DNA from: a virus
Taxonomy: Duplodnaviria; Caudoviricetes
DNA: 29,131 bases
Virus record (IMG/VR): IMGVR_UViG_3300048861_000060
Span: 1 to 29,131 of that record
Reading direction: 5' to 3' (one strand)
Of the stretch, positions 1-9,718 are shown in pieces. Numbering within the stretch: the stretch's first letter is position 1; every line of letters begins with the position of its first letter. A program made the translations under genes and the position numbers. Below the pieces are notes generated by a model that made no database searches, was not told the DNA's origin, and saw only the letters and a list, made by a program, of their open reading frames with translations.

Positions 1-3000
1 GCCGCGAAGGCCGATGGTGGCCGTGTTCACCTCGATAGTATTGGCCGCGATGTTCCCGCCGTTGATCTCGGTCAAATCTGGGCCATAGCGCCAATCGTCC
101 AGCGTGGTGGAGCCGGCGATCAGGATCTGCCCGGCGTTGACCTTCGTGGTGTTCGAGTTGATGACGGACGCAGGATCCACCATCGGGCCGGGCGACCATG
201 GCGGCAGGACCGTCTGGCCCGGCGTAGCGCCCGCAACCATCGGCTGGGCGACAGTGATCGTCCACGGACCAGCTGCAATAGCAATGCCATATACGATGAT
301 GAAAGCGCGGACTGCACCGGCGGGAACGGTTACGAAACCACCGAGGACAGTCCCGAATATCAAACTCGTAGTAGGAATGGACGTTTGCCCCACGTCCATA
401 CTGGTAAAGTTGTTGCCGTCCACATCCGAGAAATAGATATATAGCTGTTGTTGAGCTAAATTATTTCCGCCAATGACCACTTGCGCCGATAAGTATTCAC
501 CAGCCGTTACATTGAATTGATAGGGGCTTGCCTGCGGCGTCGGCAAATTCCATTGCTGACTGTTCGAGAACTCCTGACCGGCAGCGGTCGCGGTCCCGTT
601 GGTATTAATGAATGGCAGGCGCTGGTAGATACCCGCCTGCACCGATGTAGGTTGGCCGCTCGGATTGTCATTGACGAACCATCCGGTGGCAGTCGAGCCG
701 TCGCTGTTCGCGATACGGTTCGAGCCGATGTTGCCGGCGGCGACGCTCTGCTGGATCGTCCCGAGCTCGAAGCCTTCCGGACCGATCGTCATCGTCGCCG
801 GGAGCGAGGCATTGCTGGCGAATTCCGCACCCGTGAAGGTGCCGCCCTCGATATTCTCGCCGGTAATAGTTTGTCCGGCAATGTTAGTGCCGGTGATGGA
901 GCCGTCGACGATTAGCTCGCCGGTCGCGCACTGGCGCGCCGTGATGCTGCTGATAGCGACGTACCCGGCGAAGTTCGTGGCGCCGGAGACAGGGAGACAC
1001 GCCCAGAAGATGCGATACGCCGCAGCCGTGGCCGGAGCCTGCGCCTTCGCGACCACCTGCTGAAGCGGTCCAGAGCCGGCGGCGACCGTGCCGATAAGCG
1101 CATCTGCCGTAAGATAGTTACCGTCGCCCTCGAACCACTGGACGACCATCTGGACATCGCGATTGCAGGGGGCGCTGCCGGCCTCGGAGCAGATGACGGA
1201 GGCGAACTCATACCAGACGCCCGGCTGCACCCCTTGCAGGGCTGGCGCGACAAGCTGCTCGTTGGCGGTGGAATGTGGCCCATAGGGCGGCGCGCCCGTA
1301 AAGGCCGCGTCGCTAAGCACCCAGCAGGCCGTGGCGCCGGTGTTGGTCGTGTTGGACTGCGCATGTGCGGCGTCGTTGTCTATCGCCCATGCGCCAGCGG
1401 CTGGCACCCGATAGCCCGTCGCCGACAGGGGCACGCCGCCGACCGGTTGAAGCACGAGCTGGTTGGCCTGATCCCAGAAGCTCGCGTCCTGCACCTTCTG
1501 ATCGGGGAAAAGGATCGGGCCGGCGATACCGAGCTTGGAAGCAATCACCGCGCCCGGCGCGATGTCGAGCGAGGCGACGCTGTCCGTCGAGGCCTGCCCC
1601 TGCACCACGGCCGTGAAGGCGGACTCGTTGCCGGAGGTGTCCAGCGCCTTCAGCCAGAAATACCGCGTGGCGCCGCTCTGGATGCCGGTCACCGGGAAGG
1701 CGCCCGTGCCGTTGGGCACCCCGTTGACCGTCGCGAGCTTGGTCGCCGCCGTCACGTCGTTGGTAGCGCTGGACCACACTTCAATGCCGGCAAGGTCGAG
1801 ATCCGCCGGGTTCAGCCAGTTGAGCTGGATGGTGCTGAGACCGACGGGCGCGGCGGTCAGGTTCGTCGGCGGTGCCGGCGGCGTCGTGTCCTTCGCCGTC
1901 GTGATCGAATAGGGCAGGCAATAGCCGGACACGTTCCCCGTCTTGTCGCGGGCTCGCACCTCGAACGACATCGGCGTGTTCGGCAGGATACCGTTGAAAT
2001 AGTAGAGGTTCGAAGCGACCGGATAATAGACGTAGTTGCCGCCGTTCGTGCTGACCCCAAGGTCATAGGACGCGAGATCCGTCTCTGTGTTCTGCGTCCA
2101 GATCACGGTCACGTCGGTCGTGCCGGCGGTGTTGAGCGAGGACGTCGCAGCAAGGCCTCTCGGAATCGCGGGCGGCGTGGTGTCGGCCGTGCCCTGATTG
2201 GCCGCCATCTGCACCAGATCTTCGGCCAGCACGCCGGCGACGTAGGTTCCTGCCGGCGCGCCCGCCGTGGCGCCATCGTCGGGCTTGCCGTCGCCGATAA
2301 CGCCCGTCTGCCAAGGTACCGCCGTCTGGCCGCACACGGCCGGCCCGAGGATCAGGCGATCGCCCGTCCCGGGCCCCATCCGGTAGCTGACCGCGACGTC
2401 GTAGGCCGTGCCGTCCTGCAAGCCCGTTATATCGAGCAGCTGGGTCGACGGGGGCGCGGCGTCGTAAAGGATCCAGTTGGCGGCTTCGTCCTGCCCATCC
2501 GCCGAGATCCGATACTCGAACACGATGGCGTCGATCACACCGCTGTCGACGGCCCCGGAGATCTGAAGCACCGGGAAGGTCGCGCCGTTCGGCGCCGTGA
2601 TAGTCCCGCCGACAAGCGCCCACGCGGCGCTACCCGGGGTCGGAATCAAGGGCGGCCCGGAGATGCTCGGCGTGGCCGGCGGGGTGCCGGTCTGCCCGAG
2701 CGCGAACGCGTGTTTCGCTGTTGTCTCCGAACGCGCCGTGAGTGTGACGCTGCCGTCGTGAGGCGACAGCGAGCGGTTCATGATCAGGATGTCCTGACCA
2801 TTGAGCCCCAACTCGGGGATGTCGGCCGTCACTACATCGCCCGGCTTGTACCCCATCCACCGCAACTTCAGCGGCAGCGTGATCGGCCCAAATTCGCGGG
2901 CATTCTCGATTTCGTAGCGCGCCAGCTGCACCGCTTGATTGAGCTGCGTGACGAAGCTGTATTCGACCTCGCGCTGGCGCGTCTTCCCGTCGAAGGTGAC

Positions 3001-4197
3001 ATATTCGGGCACGATGACCGGCGACGCTGCGGTCATCTCCCACGTCTTTGTCGTGGTGTTCGCGTTATTCACCACCTGGGTGACGTCGAGTTCCACGATG
3101 TAGCGCGGGACGACCGCGTTGATGCGATCACGCTTGCCCTGCGTTGCCTGCACGCTCGCTTGGCCGATGACGTCGCTGGCACTGATCGTCGCGAGACTGA
3201 CCTTCGGCGTGTTGACGTAGCAGCCGATCTGGGCACCGAGCCGCAGCGGGATGCCGCCGCCGGCCTGAAGCATCAACTTGAGGCAGTTCCACTTGTCGTC
3301 GGTCGAGTAGACCACACCGAACATGGTCCAGCCATTCGCATCGGCGACGTTCGCACCCTGCACAAAGTCATCAACGACGACCCCCGTCAGGGGGGCGCCC
3401 ACGCCGAGCACGAGTTTGCCGTTCTGCCGCCGTCCGATCAGCCAGGTGAGCGCGTGGAGATAGGGGTTCTCGGACCATTCCCACGTCGTCTCATCATTGG
3501 AGCGGTGAGAGCCCGAGCCGCCGGGATAGGTGCTGTCCTTCCGGGGATCGTACACCTTGGCCCAATGGCCATACCAGCCGACTTGCGGCGTGGTGGTCAT
3601 CGTCGCCTTGCCCTTGGTGTCGTACTTCAGGGTGACGATCGTCGCAGCGTAGCCCGACAGCGTGCAGTCGGCGTCCCAAGCGTAAGGGTCGATCGGCGGA
3701 ACGAGGATGCTGCGCGGCTCGGGCGTCAGCCCCAGCTGCGTATTCGCATACATGTACCCCGAGTCCGGTATGTTGACCGAGTGGTCGCCGCCGATCGAGC
3801 AGGCGACGTTGTCGACATAGAGCGTGTCGAGAGACTGATGGGGGCCGCCGCCGGAAAGGACCGTGACGAGCGTCTGGTAGACGTTGTTGTCCCCGTAGGC
3901 CATCCGGTAGACGATGTTCCCGCCGACGTAGCCTTGCCCCATCGCGTAGGGAATTCCGGCCTGCGGATCGGCCTTCCAGGCGATCGGCGACACGGCGGGC
4001 GGCTTGGGGCCAACGAACTGCGAGACGGCCGTGAGCGCGACCGTGGCGAGGGCTGCGACATGCGCCACGGTCGCGGCGGTAGTCGCAACCGCGCTTGCCG
4101 AACTTATGATCCCGAGGCTTCCTAGGGCACCGACGCCGGTCGCAACTAGAGCGACGGCTCCGACGATCTCCGCAGCGGTCGCAAGCACCTTGGACAA
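1..4197 (-). CDS. Tail tip / host-specificity protein (lambda J-like hub, FN3 repeats, C-terminal binding modules), 3'-partial, >1399 aa
   Basis: Absent from the ORF track because it has no stop in the window. Read by hand: TTG at 4197 after GGAG, MSKVLATAAEIVGAVALVATGVG...; contains VYDPRKDSTYPGGSGSHR and WEWSENPYLHALTW tail-tip motifs and two DTTPPA-starting FN3-like repeats; frame stays open to base 1. Confidence 0.9.
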   Translation of the reverse strand, partial: MSKVLATAAEIVGAVALVATGVGALGSLGIISSASAVATTAATVAHVAALATVALTAVSQFVGPKPPAVSPIAWKADPQAGIPYAMGQGYVGGNIVYRMAYGDNNVYQTLVTVLSGGGPHQSLDTLYVDNVACSIGGDHSVNIPDSGYMYANTQLGLTPEPRSILVPPIDPYAWDADCTLSGYAATIVTLKYDTKGKATMTTTPQVGWYGHWAKVYDPRKDSTYPGGSGSHRSNDETTWEWSENPYLHALTWLIGRRQNGKLVLGVGAPLTGVVVDDFVQGANVADANGWTMFGVVYSTDDKWNCLKLMLQAGGGIPLRLGAQIGCYVNTPKVSLATISASDVIGQASVQATQGKRDRINAVVPRYIVELDVTQVVNNANTTTKTWEMTAASPVIVPEYVTFDGKTRQREVEYSFVTQLNQAVQLARYEIENAREFGPITLPLKLRWMGYKPGDVVTADIPELGLNGQDILIMNRSLSPHDGSVTLTARSETTAKHAFALGQTGTPPATPSISGPPLIPTPGSAAWALVGGTITAPNGATFPVLQISGAVDSGVIDAIVFEYRISADGQDEAANWILYDAAPPSTQLLDITGLQDGTAYDVAVSYRMGPGTGDRLILGPAVCGQTAVPWQTGVIGDGKPDDGATAGAPAGTYVAGVLAEDLVQMAANQGTADTTPPAIPRGLAATSSLNTAGTTDVTVIWTQNTETDLASYDLGVSTNGGNYVYYPVASNLYYFNGILPNTPMSFEVRARDKTGNVSGYCLPYSITTAKDTTPPAPPTNLTAAPVGLSTIQLNWLNPADLDLAGIEVWSSATNDVTAATKLATVNGVPNGTGAFPVTGIQSGATRYFWLKALDTSGNESAFTAVVQGQASTDSVASLDIAPGAVIASKLGIAGPILFPDQKVQDASFWDQANQLVLQPVGGVPLSATGYRVPAAGAWAIDNDAAHAQSNTTNTGATACWVLSDAAFTGAPPYGPHSTANEQLVAPALQGVQPGVWYEFASVICSEAGSAPCNRDVQMVVQWFEGDGNYLTADALIGTVAAGSGPLQQVVAKAQAPATAAAYRIFWACLPVSGATNFAGYVAISSITARQCATGELIVDGSITGTNIAGQTITGENIEGGTFTGAEFASNASLPATMTIGPEGFELGTIQQSVAAGNIGSNRIANSDGSTATGWFVNDNPSGQPTSVQAGIYQRLPFINTNGTATAAGQEFSNSQQWNLPTPQASPYQFNVTAGEYLSAQVVIGGNNLAQQQLYIYFSDVDGNNFTSMDVGQTSIPTTSLIFGTVLGGFVTVPAGAVRAFIIVYGIAIAAGPWTITVAQPMVAGATPGQTVLPPWSPGPMVDPASVINSNTTKVNAGQILIAGSTTLDDWRYGPDLTEINGGNIAANTIEVNTATIGLRG

Positions 4198-4242
4198 CGG
4201 GCGCGTCTCCGGAGTAAGCCCGACCCCCGGAGGAGCGAGCGG

Positions 4243-4575
4243 ATGAAGAAAGTCGTGCTGTGTTGCGTGGTGCCGGCGCTGGTCGCGGCAGGCCCGATCT
4301 CGAAGTTCGACAGTAAGCCAGCGCTGGCGGACTACGTTTCCGCTGCGAAGATGGAGGACATCGAACGATGCCTGATCGATATGCAGGGCTGGCTTGCGCC
4401 CAACGTTTACGCACAACCCGACAGGCCGGACGACGTCACCATGCTATGGATCAGCGGAGGTGACGCGGCGGGCAAGGCCGCAGCGAGAGTGCAGTTACAT
4501 CGTGTGAGCGGCGGGACTCACGTCGTTTCGTGGATGCCAGCAAAGCAGGCGCTGGACTGCGCCCCTAGATCTTAG
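4243..4575 (+). CDS. Small secreted/periplasmic protein (moron), antisense to the tail operon
   Basis: GGAGGAG RBS before ATG; N-terminus MKKVVLCCVVPALVAAG looks like a signal peptide; fills the gap between two tail genes. Confidence 0.7.
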   Translation: MKKVVLCCVVPALVAAGPISKFDSKPALADYVSAAKMEDIERCLIDMQGWLAPNVYAQPDRPDDVTMLWISGGDAAGKAAARVQLHRVSGGTHVVSWMPAKQALDCAPRS

Positions 4576-5002
4576 GTCGCGCGCGCCACGCGCTGCCAAA
4601 GTCCTTGGGCTGCATGACGCAAGCTCCAACAGCTGCCTCATGATATCCGAGCACCCGCCCGTTTCCCATCGAGACCGTCAAGGCGCCCAGTTCGTCGACG
4701 GATGGCATCTGGATGATGTCCCCGACGATCGCCGCAGCCGGAGCGATGCGCTCGAGGCCGAGTTGATCGAGTGCCGCCGCCAATGAGCCGGCGCCGCTCT
4801 CGTTCAACAATTCAAGTGCCTTGCGCTTCGACCGGTACGAGCCCGTTGCCGGCAACTTCACCTGGTATCCAAGCCGGCGCAGATGGGCGGCCGTCATTCG
4901 GACGCAATCAAAGGAACCGAGCCGGAAGGGCTTGTCTTTGAAACGGTCGAGCGTCGCCTGCGCGGCCGCCGCGCGATCGACCAATTCCTTGCTCGGCTCC
5001 AT
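4565..5002 (-). CDS. NlpC/P60-like tail tip assembly protein (DUF6950-like)
   Basis: Start ATG 5002 in a TGATG overlap with the upstream stop; FRLGSFDC motif and GDI motif; position equivalent to lambda K. Confidence 0.8.
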   Translation of the reverse strand: MEPSKELVDRAAAAQATLDRFKDKPFRLGSFDCVRMTAAHLRRLGYQVKLPATGSYRSKRKALELLNESGAGSLAAALDQLGLERIAPAAAIVGDIIQMPSVDELGALTVSMGNGRVLGYHEAAVGACVMQPKDFGSAWRARPKI

Positions 5003-5595
5003 CACTGCGTCACTCCCGATGGCGCGTCCGATCCCCAGTAAAGCTGGTGCAGGATGGCCACGCAGAAGCTCATGCCCTTCTCGCCCGGCCAAACGCTCTG
5101 GTGGAAGGTGTCCGACAGCCGCGCGCCGTCGTCGTTGAAGAAGAATTCCTCAAAGGCGCTGCTGATCTGAAGGTCGAGCAGCAGGCTATTGTCGCTCGCG
5201 CGAAGCGTGGGGATATCGAGCTCCCCAAGGAAGACGACGAGCGGTTCCCCGACCACGAGTCCGTTGGTTGGATCGACCACCCCCAGCCAGAACGTCACCT
5301 GTGACCCTTGCATGGCCGCCGACGAGATATCGGCTTCCGCTGCGTTGCTGGCTGGTGCGAGAGTCAGCGTAACCGCCGGCGCCTCATCGCCTGATCCGTC
5401 CTTGATCTCGTCGACCGAATACAGTGTGCCGTAGGTTGCATCCTGACCGGTGAAGATCTTGCCATCGAACGAAACGACGCCGGCGCCGTCGCAGAGGCGG
5501 ATCGTGTAGTCGGGCAACACGATTTCAACTGCGGCGAAGATGGTGGCGATATCCGCCTGAAGGGCGGCGTCCATCTCTGGCGACATCGTCGTCAT
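5002..5595 (-). CDS. Minor tail / tail tip protein (lambda L-position)
   Basis: 197-aa acidic ORF between the distal tail gene and the NlpC-like gene; C-terminal HQSVWPGEKG...WG motif. Confidence 0.8.
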   Translation of the reverse strand: MTTMSPEMDAALQADIATIFAAVEIVLPDYTIRLCDGAGVVSFDGKIFTGQDATYGTLYSVDEIKDGSGDEAPAVTLTLAPASNAAEADISSAAMQGSQVTFWLGVVDPTNGLVVGEPLVVFLGELDIPTLRASDNSLLLDLQISSAFEEFFFNDDGARLSDTFHQSVWPGEKGMSFCVAILHQLYWGSDAPSGVTQ

Positions 5596-5598
5596 GGA

Positions 5599-6198
5599 TT
5601 AGGCGACCTCTCGCAACGTCAGGGTGACGTCGTTGAATGGCGCGGTCTGGATCGCCCATTCGATCTGGTTCTTGGGGAAGTACCCCTCGATCATCGGCTG
5701 GCCGAATTCGCAGACAGCCCCATCGTTCGGGCTGATCCGGAGCATCGGCACGATGCTGAGCGTGGCAAGGGCGGTGCTGTCGTTGCCGGCGGTCGTGGCG
5801 GCTGCGACACAGTGGAGATAGCGCCGCCCTCCAAAGATGATCGAAAAGAACTGGCCCTCGTGGAAGGCGTAATTCGCGGTCCCGCCATGGACGTTCAGCA
5901 CCGATCCCTGCTGCCCCGCGCCGGCCACGACGAAGTTGCCGGGAGAGCCCGGATTGAAGTCCTGCGGAAAGGGGACGATCGCTCCTTGTGTCAGCGCCTG
6001 CTGAAGCCGGGAGACCATCACCATCCCCTCGACGTCGCTCCGCATCGAGGGAAAGGTGATGTCGATTTCGTACCTGTTGCCGAGCCGGCCAAGCCGCTGC
6101 GCGGGGCCGCCCATCGGAGGCTGCTGCCACGCACCGAAGTCGAGCAGCCGGGGCTTCGCCACCTGCACGCCAGGCGATGTTGGGAGCGCAATGGACAT
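5599..6198 (-). CDS. Putative distal tail protein
   Basis: 199 aa, directly downstream of the tape measure gene with tight spacing; product inferred from synteny. Confidence 0.75.
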   Translation of the reverse strand: MSIALPTSPGVQVAKPRLLDFGAWQQPPMGGPAQRLGRLGNRYEIDITFPSMRSDVEGMVMVSRLQQALTQGAIVPFPQDFNPGSPGNFVVAGAGQQGSVLNVHGGTANYAFHEGQFFSIIFGGRRYLHCVAAATTAGNDSTALATLSIVPMLRISPNDGAVCEFGQPMIEGYFPKNQIEWAIQTAPFNDVTLTLREVA

Positions 6199-6204
6199 GT
6201 GGAG

Positions 6205-9084
6205 CTAACCTCGGACGAGCGATCGGCGGCGGGCTTGCTGGGCATTGGTCGCGGCAATCTGCGCGCCACCTTGAGCGCCGCGGATCGCGGCGGAGTCGGC
6301 GTGGACGGAGGCAATGCCGTTCATCTGGTTCAGCAGATCTTGCGTCATCACCGCACCGCGCAGATCGAACGTCAGGCGCGGGGCGTTCGCCGCGGCGCGA
6401 GCCGCGCCAACGGCGTCCATGTCAGGCAGCGAGGCCGGAGTGAATGAACCTAGACGCCCCCCGGCGAACCCGTGAAGGCGATTGTCGTTCATCGCCTGGA
6501 TGAGCGGCCCGAAGCGCTTCGTCGCCTCGGCCGTGACGATCGACTCGCCATTCGACACGGCGATCGGCTTCTTGCCGAGCATCGCAAGGATGCTGTCGGA
6601 CGTTCCGGTGCCGGGCCCGCGGATCTTGTTTCCGGCGCGCGACGGGTTACCGCCCTTCGCGAAGCCGGGAACATAGCCCGTCGCCGCGAACAAGTCCGGA
6701 TCGATCGACGAATCTGCGGCCGCGCCGGATCCACCCGAAGCATTGCCCTTTCCACCGAGGCCAAGCAGCTTGCCCAGGCCACCGAAAAAGCCACCTCCGC
6801 CGCCGCCGCCGCCGGTGGACTTGTTTCCGAACAAAGCGTTCGCGATGGGCTGCTCGATGATCCGTTGCTCGGCGATCTTGAGCAGATCGCCGACGATACT
6901 GGCGAGCGCCCCGTGGAGATGGAGCGCGCCGAGGGCAGCCTTTTCGAAGCTATCGCTCAATTGCTGGATCGCATCGACCTTCACGCCGTCCAGCTGCTCG
7001 CCCAAGCTCTGGCCACTGAGACCCTGCAAAAAGCTCTGACCCGGCCCCTGCGTCTGGCGGTCCACTTGCGTGCGCTTCGCCGCCGTCTGTTCGGGAAGCG
7101 CATCGAGCGAGGCTTGAGCGCGCTTCCGATCCGCATCAGTCTTCGCGTGGTCGCGTTGGAACGTGAGCGCATCGCGCTGCGTCTGCTCGTCAATCTCGAG
7201 TAGTTTGAGCCCGATCGACCGACGCTGAGCCTGCGTCGTGGCAAGCTGGTCATCGATGTCGAGCAGTTCGCGCTTGCGGGCCAAGCTATCCTGGTCAAGG
7301 TTGAGTGCGTTCTGCGCGGTGGAACTGGAAAGATCCTCGCCGGCCGCTCGCTCGTTCGTTTCTTCGGCACCGCCGCGCTTCGCCGTCAGGACGAGACCTC
7401 GCGCGGGCGTGAGCTTTCCAGCCGCGACCTGGTCCGCAATCTCCTTGTCCTGATCAGCGAGTTGCGCGCGCAGCCGCGTGATCTCGATCTCGTAGCGGGC
7501 TTCCGGAGTATCCGAGACCTTCAGGTTCGCTTCGCCGATCGCATTGTCGGCTTGACTCAGCTGCCCGTGGTAAGCGCGATCCTGCGAGAGCGCCTTTTGC
7601 CGCGCCTCCTCGGCCTTCCGCGCAGCCTCGCGCGCTTTCGCCTCACCTTGCCGCTCGATCGAACCCTGCTTGGCGGCAAGGCTGCTCGCCATCTCGAAGG
7701 TCGCGCCTTGCTTGATGAAGGCGATCTGGCGCTGTTTCGCGGTGATCTCTTCATTGTAGGCGGCGAGAGCCTGGCCGGACGCTCCCGCCTTACCCTTCTC
7801 CAGATCGGTGAGTTCGCCCTGCGCCTTCTTCAGATCGGCATCGCTGCGATTGGTGGCGCCGGGCGCGTCGCTTCCGAGGTTGCCCTCTGTCGGATGTGGC
7901 GCAGCCTTCGCCTGCATATAACGGCGATACTGAAGCATCATCGCGCTGTACGCGGTGCTGGGATCGTCGATCGGCACGCCGCTGTCCGCCGCGACAGAGC
8001 GCTGTTCAGGCGTCAGCGCTCCCTGGCGCTGCGCAGCAAGATACCTGTCCCTCGCGCCGAGAAACTGCTGCGCCCGGAACGGGACGGATGTGTCGGCGTC
8101 GTCTCGGTTGATCTTATAGATCTCGCCGGCGCCGGCGCCCACCGCGCCACCGACGATGCCACCCACCGGGCCGCCAAGGCGCAGGCCCGCGAGGCCGGAC
8201 AACAGTGCCGACGCCACTTCCGGGTGGCTGTTGAGGTACGTCGCGGTGGCGCCGGCGGCTTTGACCAGGGCCACGGCCAACTTCTCGATCGCGGCCGCAT
8301 TCTGAGCGATCGTCGATGCCATCTCGGCATCTACGACCTCTTTCAGCGCGGCCAGCTTATGATTGACCTCTTCGCTGTGCTCAATGAGCTCCGGGCTCAG
8401 CACGACGCCAAGCTTCTGGGCGGCCTCGGCCAGTTCGTTGAAGCCGTTGGCGCCCTCGCTCATCAATGGGACGAGAGCGCCAGCGCCGCGCCCCATGAGC
8501 GTCATCACGTCAGCGGTACGCTGCGCGGGATCCTCGACCTTCGAGATAGCATTGGCGGTGTCGAGGAAAACGCTTTGCACGGAACGGACGTTGCCGCCGC
8601 TGTCGCGGACCTTGACCCCAAGCTGGTCGAACAGGTCGATGATTGACTTGTTGCCGTTCGCCGCTTCGCCGACACTCCGCGAGAACTTGATCAGCGCCTG
8701 ATTCGACGTCTCTGTGTCAGCGCCGAACTGGCTCGCCGCATAGCGATATTTCTGGAGGAAGTCGGTGGACGTGCCGACCTGCTCGGACACGAATTTGATG
8801 TTGCCGGCGAACTCCAGCGCCTTCTTGCCGGCCTCAATGAGGCTCTCGCCTAGCAGGGCACCGACCGCGACTTCACCCAACTGCTTCAGGCGCTCGAGTG
8901 GCCCTTCCAAGCTTTCGAGCGATTTCCCGAACGCCGAGAACCGCTCATCCTGCTGATCGAGGTGCTCTTGCGTGCTCCGGGTGAACTCATCGACCGCGCG
9001 TTCTGCCGCCGACAGATTGGAACGCAGGAGTTCGGTGTTGGCCTGGATGGTGAGCAGGATGGCGCGTGCGTCTTGATCAGCCAC
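6205..9084 (-). CDS. Tail tape measure protein
   Basis: 959-aa Ala/Leu-rich helical ORF; AGGAGG RBS before GTG; C-terminal FAKGG...GPGTGTSDSI motif; follows the chaperone genes. Confidence 0.93.
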   Translation of the reverse strand: MADQDARAILLTIQANTELLRSNLSAAERAVDEFTRSTQEHLDQQDERFSAFGKSLESLEGPLERLKQLGEVAVGALLGESLIEAGKKALEFAGNIKFVSEQVGTSTDFLQKYRYAASQFGADTETSNQALIKFSRSVGEAANGNKSIIDLFDQLGVKVRDSGGNVRSVQSVFLDTANAISKVEDPAQRTADVMTLMGRGAGALVPLMSEGANGFNELAEAAQKLGVVLSPELIEHSEEVNHKLAALKEVVDAEMASTIAQNAAAIEKLAVALVKAAGATATYLNSHPEVASALLSGLAGLRLGGPVGGIVGGAVGAGAGEIYKINRDDADTSVPFRAQQFLGARDRYLAAQRQGALTPEQRSVAADSGVPIDDPSTAYSAMMLQYRRYMQAKAAPHPTEGNLGSDAPGATNRSDADLKKAQGELTDLEKGKAGASGQALAAYNEEITAKQRQIAFIKQGATFEMASSLAAKQGSIERQGEAKAREAARKAEEARQKALSQDRAYHGQLSQADNAIGEANLKVSDTPEARYEIEITRLRAQLADQDKEIADQVAAGKLTPARGLVLTAKRGGAEETNERAAGEDLSSSTAQNALNLDQDSLARKRELLDIDDQLATTQAQRRSIGLKLLEIDEQTQRDALTFQRDHAKTDADRKRAQASLDALPEQTAAKRTQVDRQTQGPGQSFLQGLSGQSLGEQLDGVKVDAIQQLSDSFEKAALGALHLHGALASIVGDLLKIAEQRIIEQPIANALFGNKSTGGGGGGGGFFGGLGKLLGLGGKGNASGGSGAAADSSIDPDLFAATGYVPGFAKGGNPSRAGNKIRGPGTGTSDSILAMLGKKPIAVSNGESIVTAEATKRFGPLIQAMNDNRLHGFAGGRLGSFTPASLPDMDAVGAARAAANAPRLTFDLRGAVMTQDLLNQMNGIASVHADSAAIRGAQGGAQIAATNAQQARRRSLVRG

Positions 9085-9181
9085 GGCGGTCCTCCTGCTC
9101 TAGTTGGAGTTGACGATGCGAAGGGAGGCCTGCTGGCGTCGGTGATAATCTCGACACGCGCGGGGCGCGCGCAGCGGCCGG

Positions 9182-9355
9182 TCAGGGCGGCGGGCAGTTG
9201 ATCCGCCGCCACTGCTCGAAGGCCTGGAAGAACTCTACGGGCGTGGCTTCCCAGAAGTCTTGCGGGCGCCACCCGAGCGCGGCGCAGGCGACACCGCAGA
9301 GCCGTCGGCGCCCGCCATCGTCTCCGCGCTGTTTGCCACCTGCTTGACTTCCCCC
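9182..9355 (-). CDS. Tail assembly chaperone, frameshifted C-terminal part (gpT-like)
   Basis: LGWRPQDFWEATPVEF motif in the -1 frame relative to 9235..9714; no obvious own start codon or RBS. Confidence 0.75.
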   Translation of the reverse strand, partial: GGSQAGGKQRGDDGGRRRLCGVACAALGWRPQDFWEATPVEFFQAFEQWRRINCPPP

Positions 9356-9714
9356 GTCGCGGTGAGGCCGCCGGTGGCCGCCATGTAGAGCAGCACCGCC
9401 AGCTTCGGCTGGACGATATACACGCCCGCTTCCACCAGCATCGGCCCGATGACGTCGGCCTGCGCGCCGCGAGCGCCAGTGTTTCCGACCGCCTTCCCCC
9501 AGGCACGGATGCATTCGGCGATGATGACCGCTGTGGTGGCCATGGTCATTGCGCCGCGATCGGCTTCGCCGGCGAGCTGGATCAGCGACTTCCCGGTGCC
9601 ACCATCCGCGACCGGCCGTTCGAACGCCTGGATGGCCTCGAACGAGGGTCGGAGGACGTAGTCGGCACCGCCGAGGCTGATGCCGAACTCGCCGCGTTCT
9701 TCGTTCGCGCTCAT
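9235..9714 (-). CDS. Tail assembly chaperone (gpG / GTA-gp10-like)
   Basis: ANEERGE...LGGADYVLRPSFEAI N-terminus; lies between the tail tube and tape measure genes. Confidence 0.85.
   Translation of the reverse strand: MSANEERGEFGISLGGADYVLRPSFEAIQAFERPVADGGTGKSLIQLAGEADRGAMTMATTAVIIAECIRAWGKAVGNTGARGAQADVIGPMLVEAGVYIVQPKLAVLLYMAATGGLTATGEVKQVANSAETMAGADGSAVSPAPRSGGARKTSGKPRP
9349..9355 (-). promoter_or_regulatory. Programmed -1 frameshift slippery site G GGG GAA
   Basis: Minus strand reads ACG GGG GAA in the chaperone frame; a -1 shift enters the open frame encoding the LGW.P.DFW motif. Confidence 0.7.
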
Positions 9715-9718
9715 CGGA

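Noticed and set aside
1234-4125. 963-aa plus-strand ORF
   Set aside because: Antisense shadow of the tail tip gene; Arg/Gly/His-rich, no motifs; typical of high-GC codon bias.
6790-6815. GCC trinucleotide run in the tape measure gene
   Set aside because: Encodes an ordinary poly-Gly linker; in-frame, so not a phase-variation switch.
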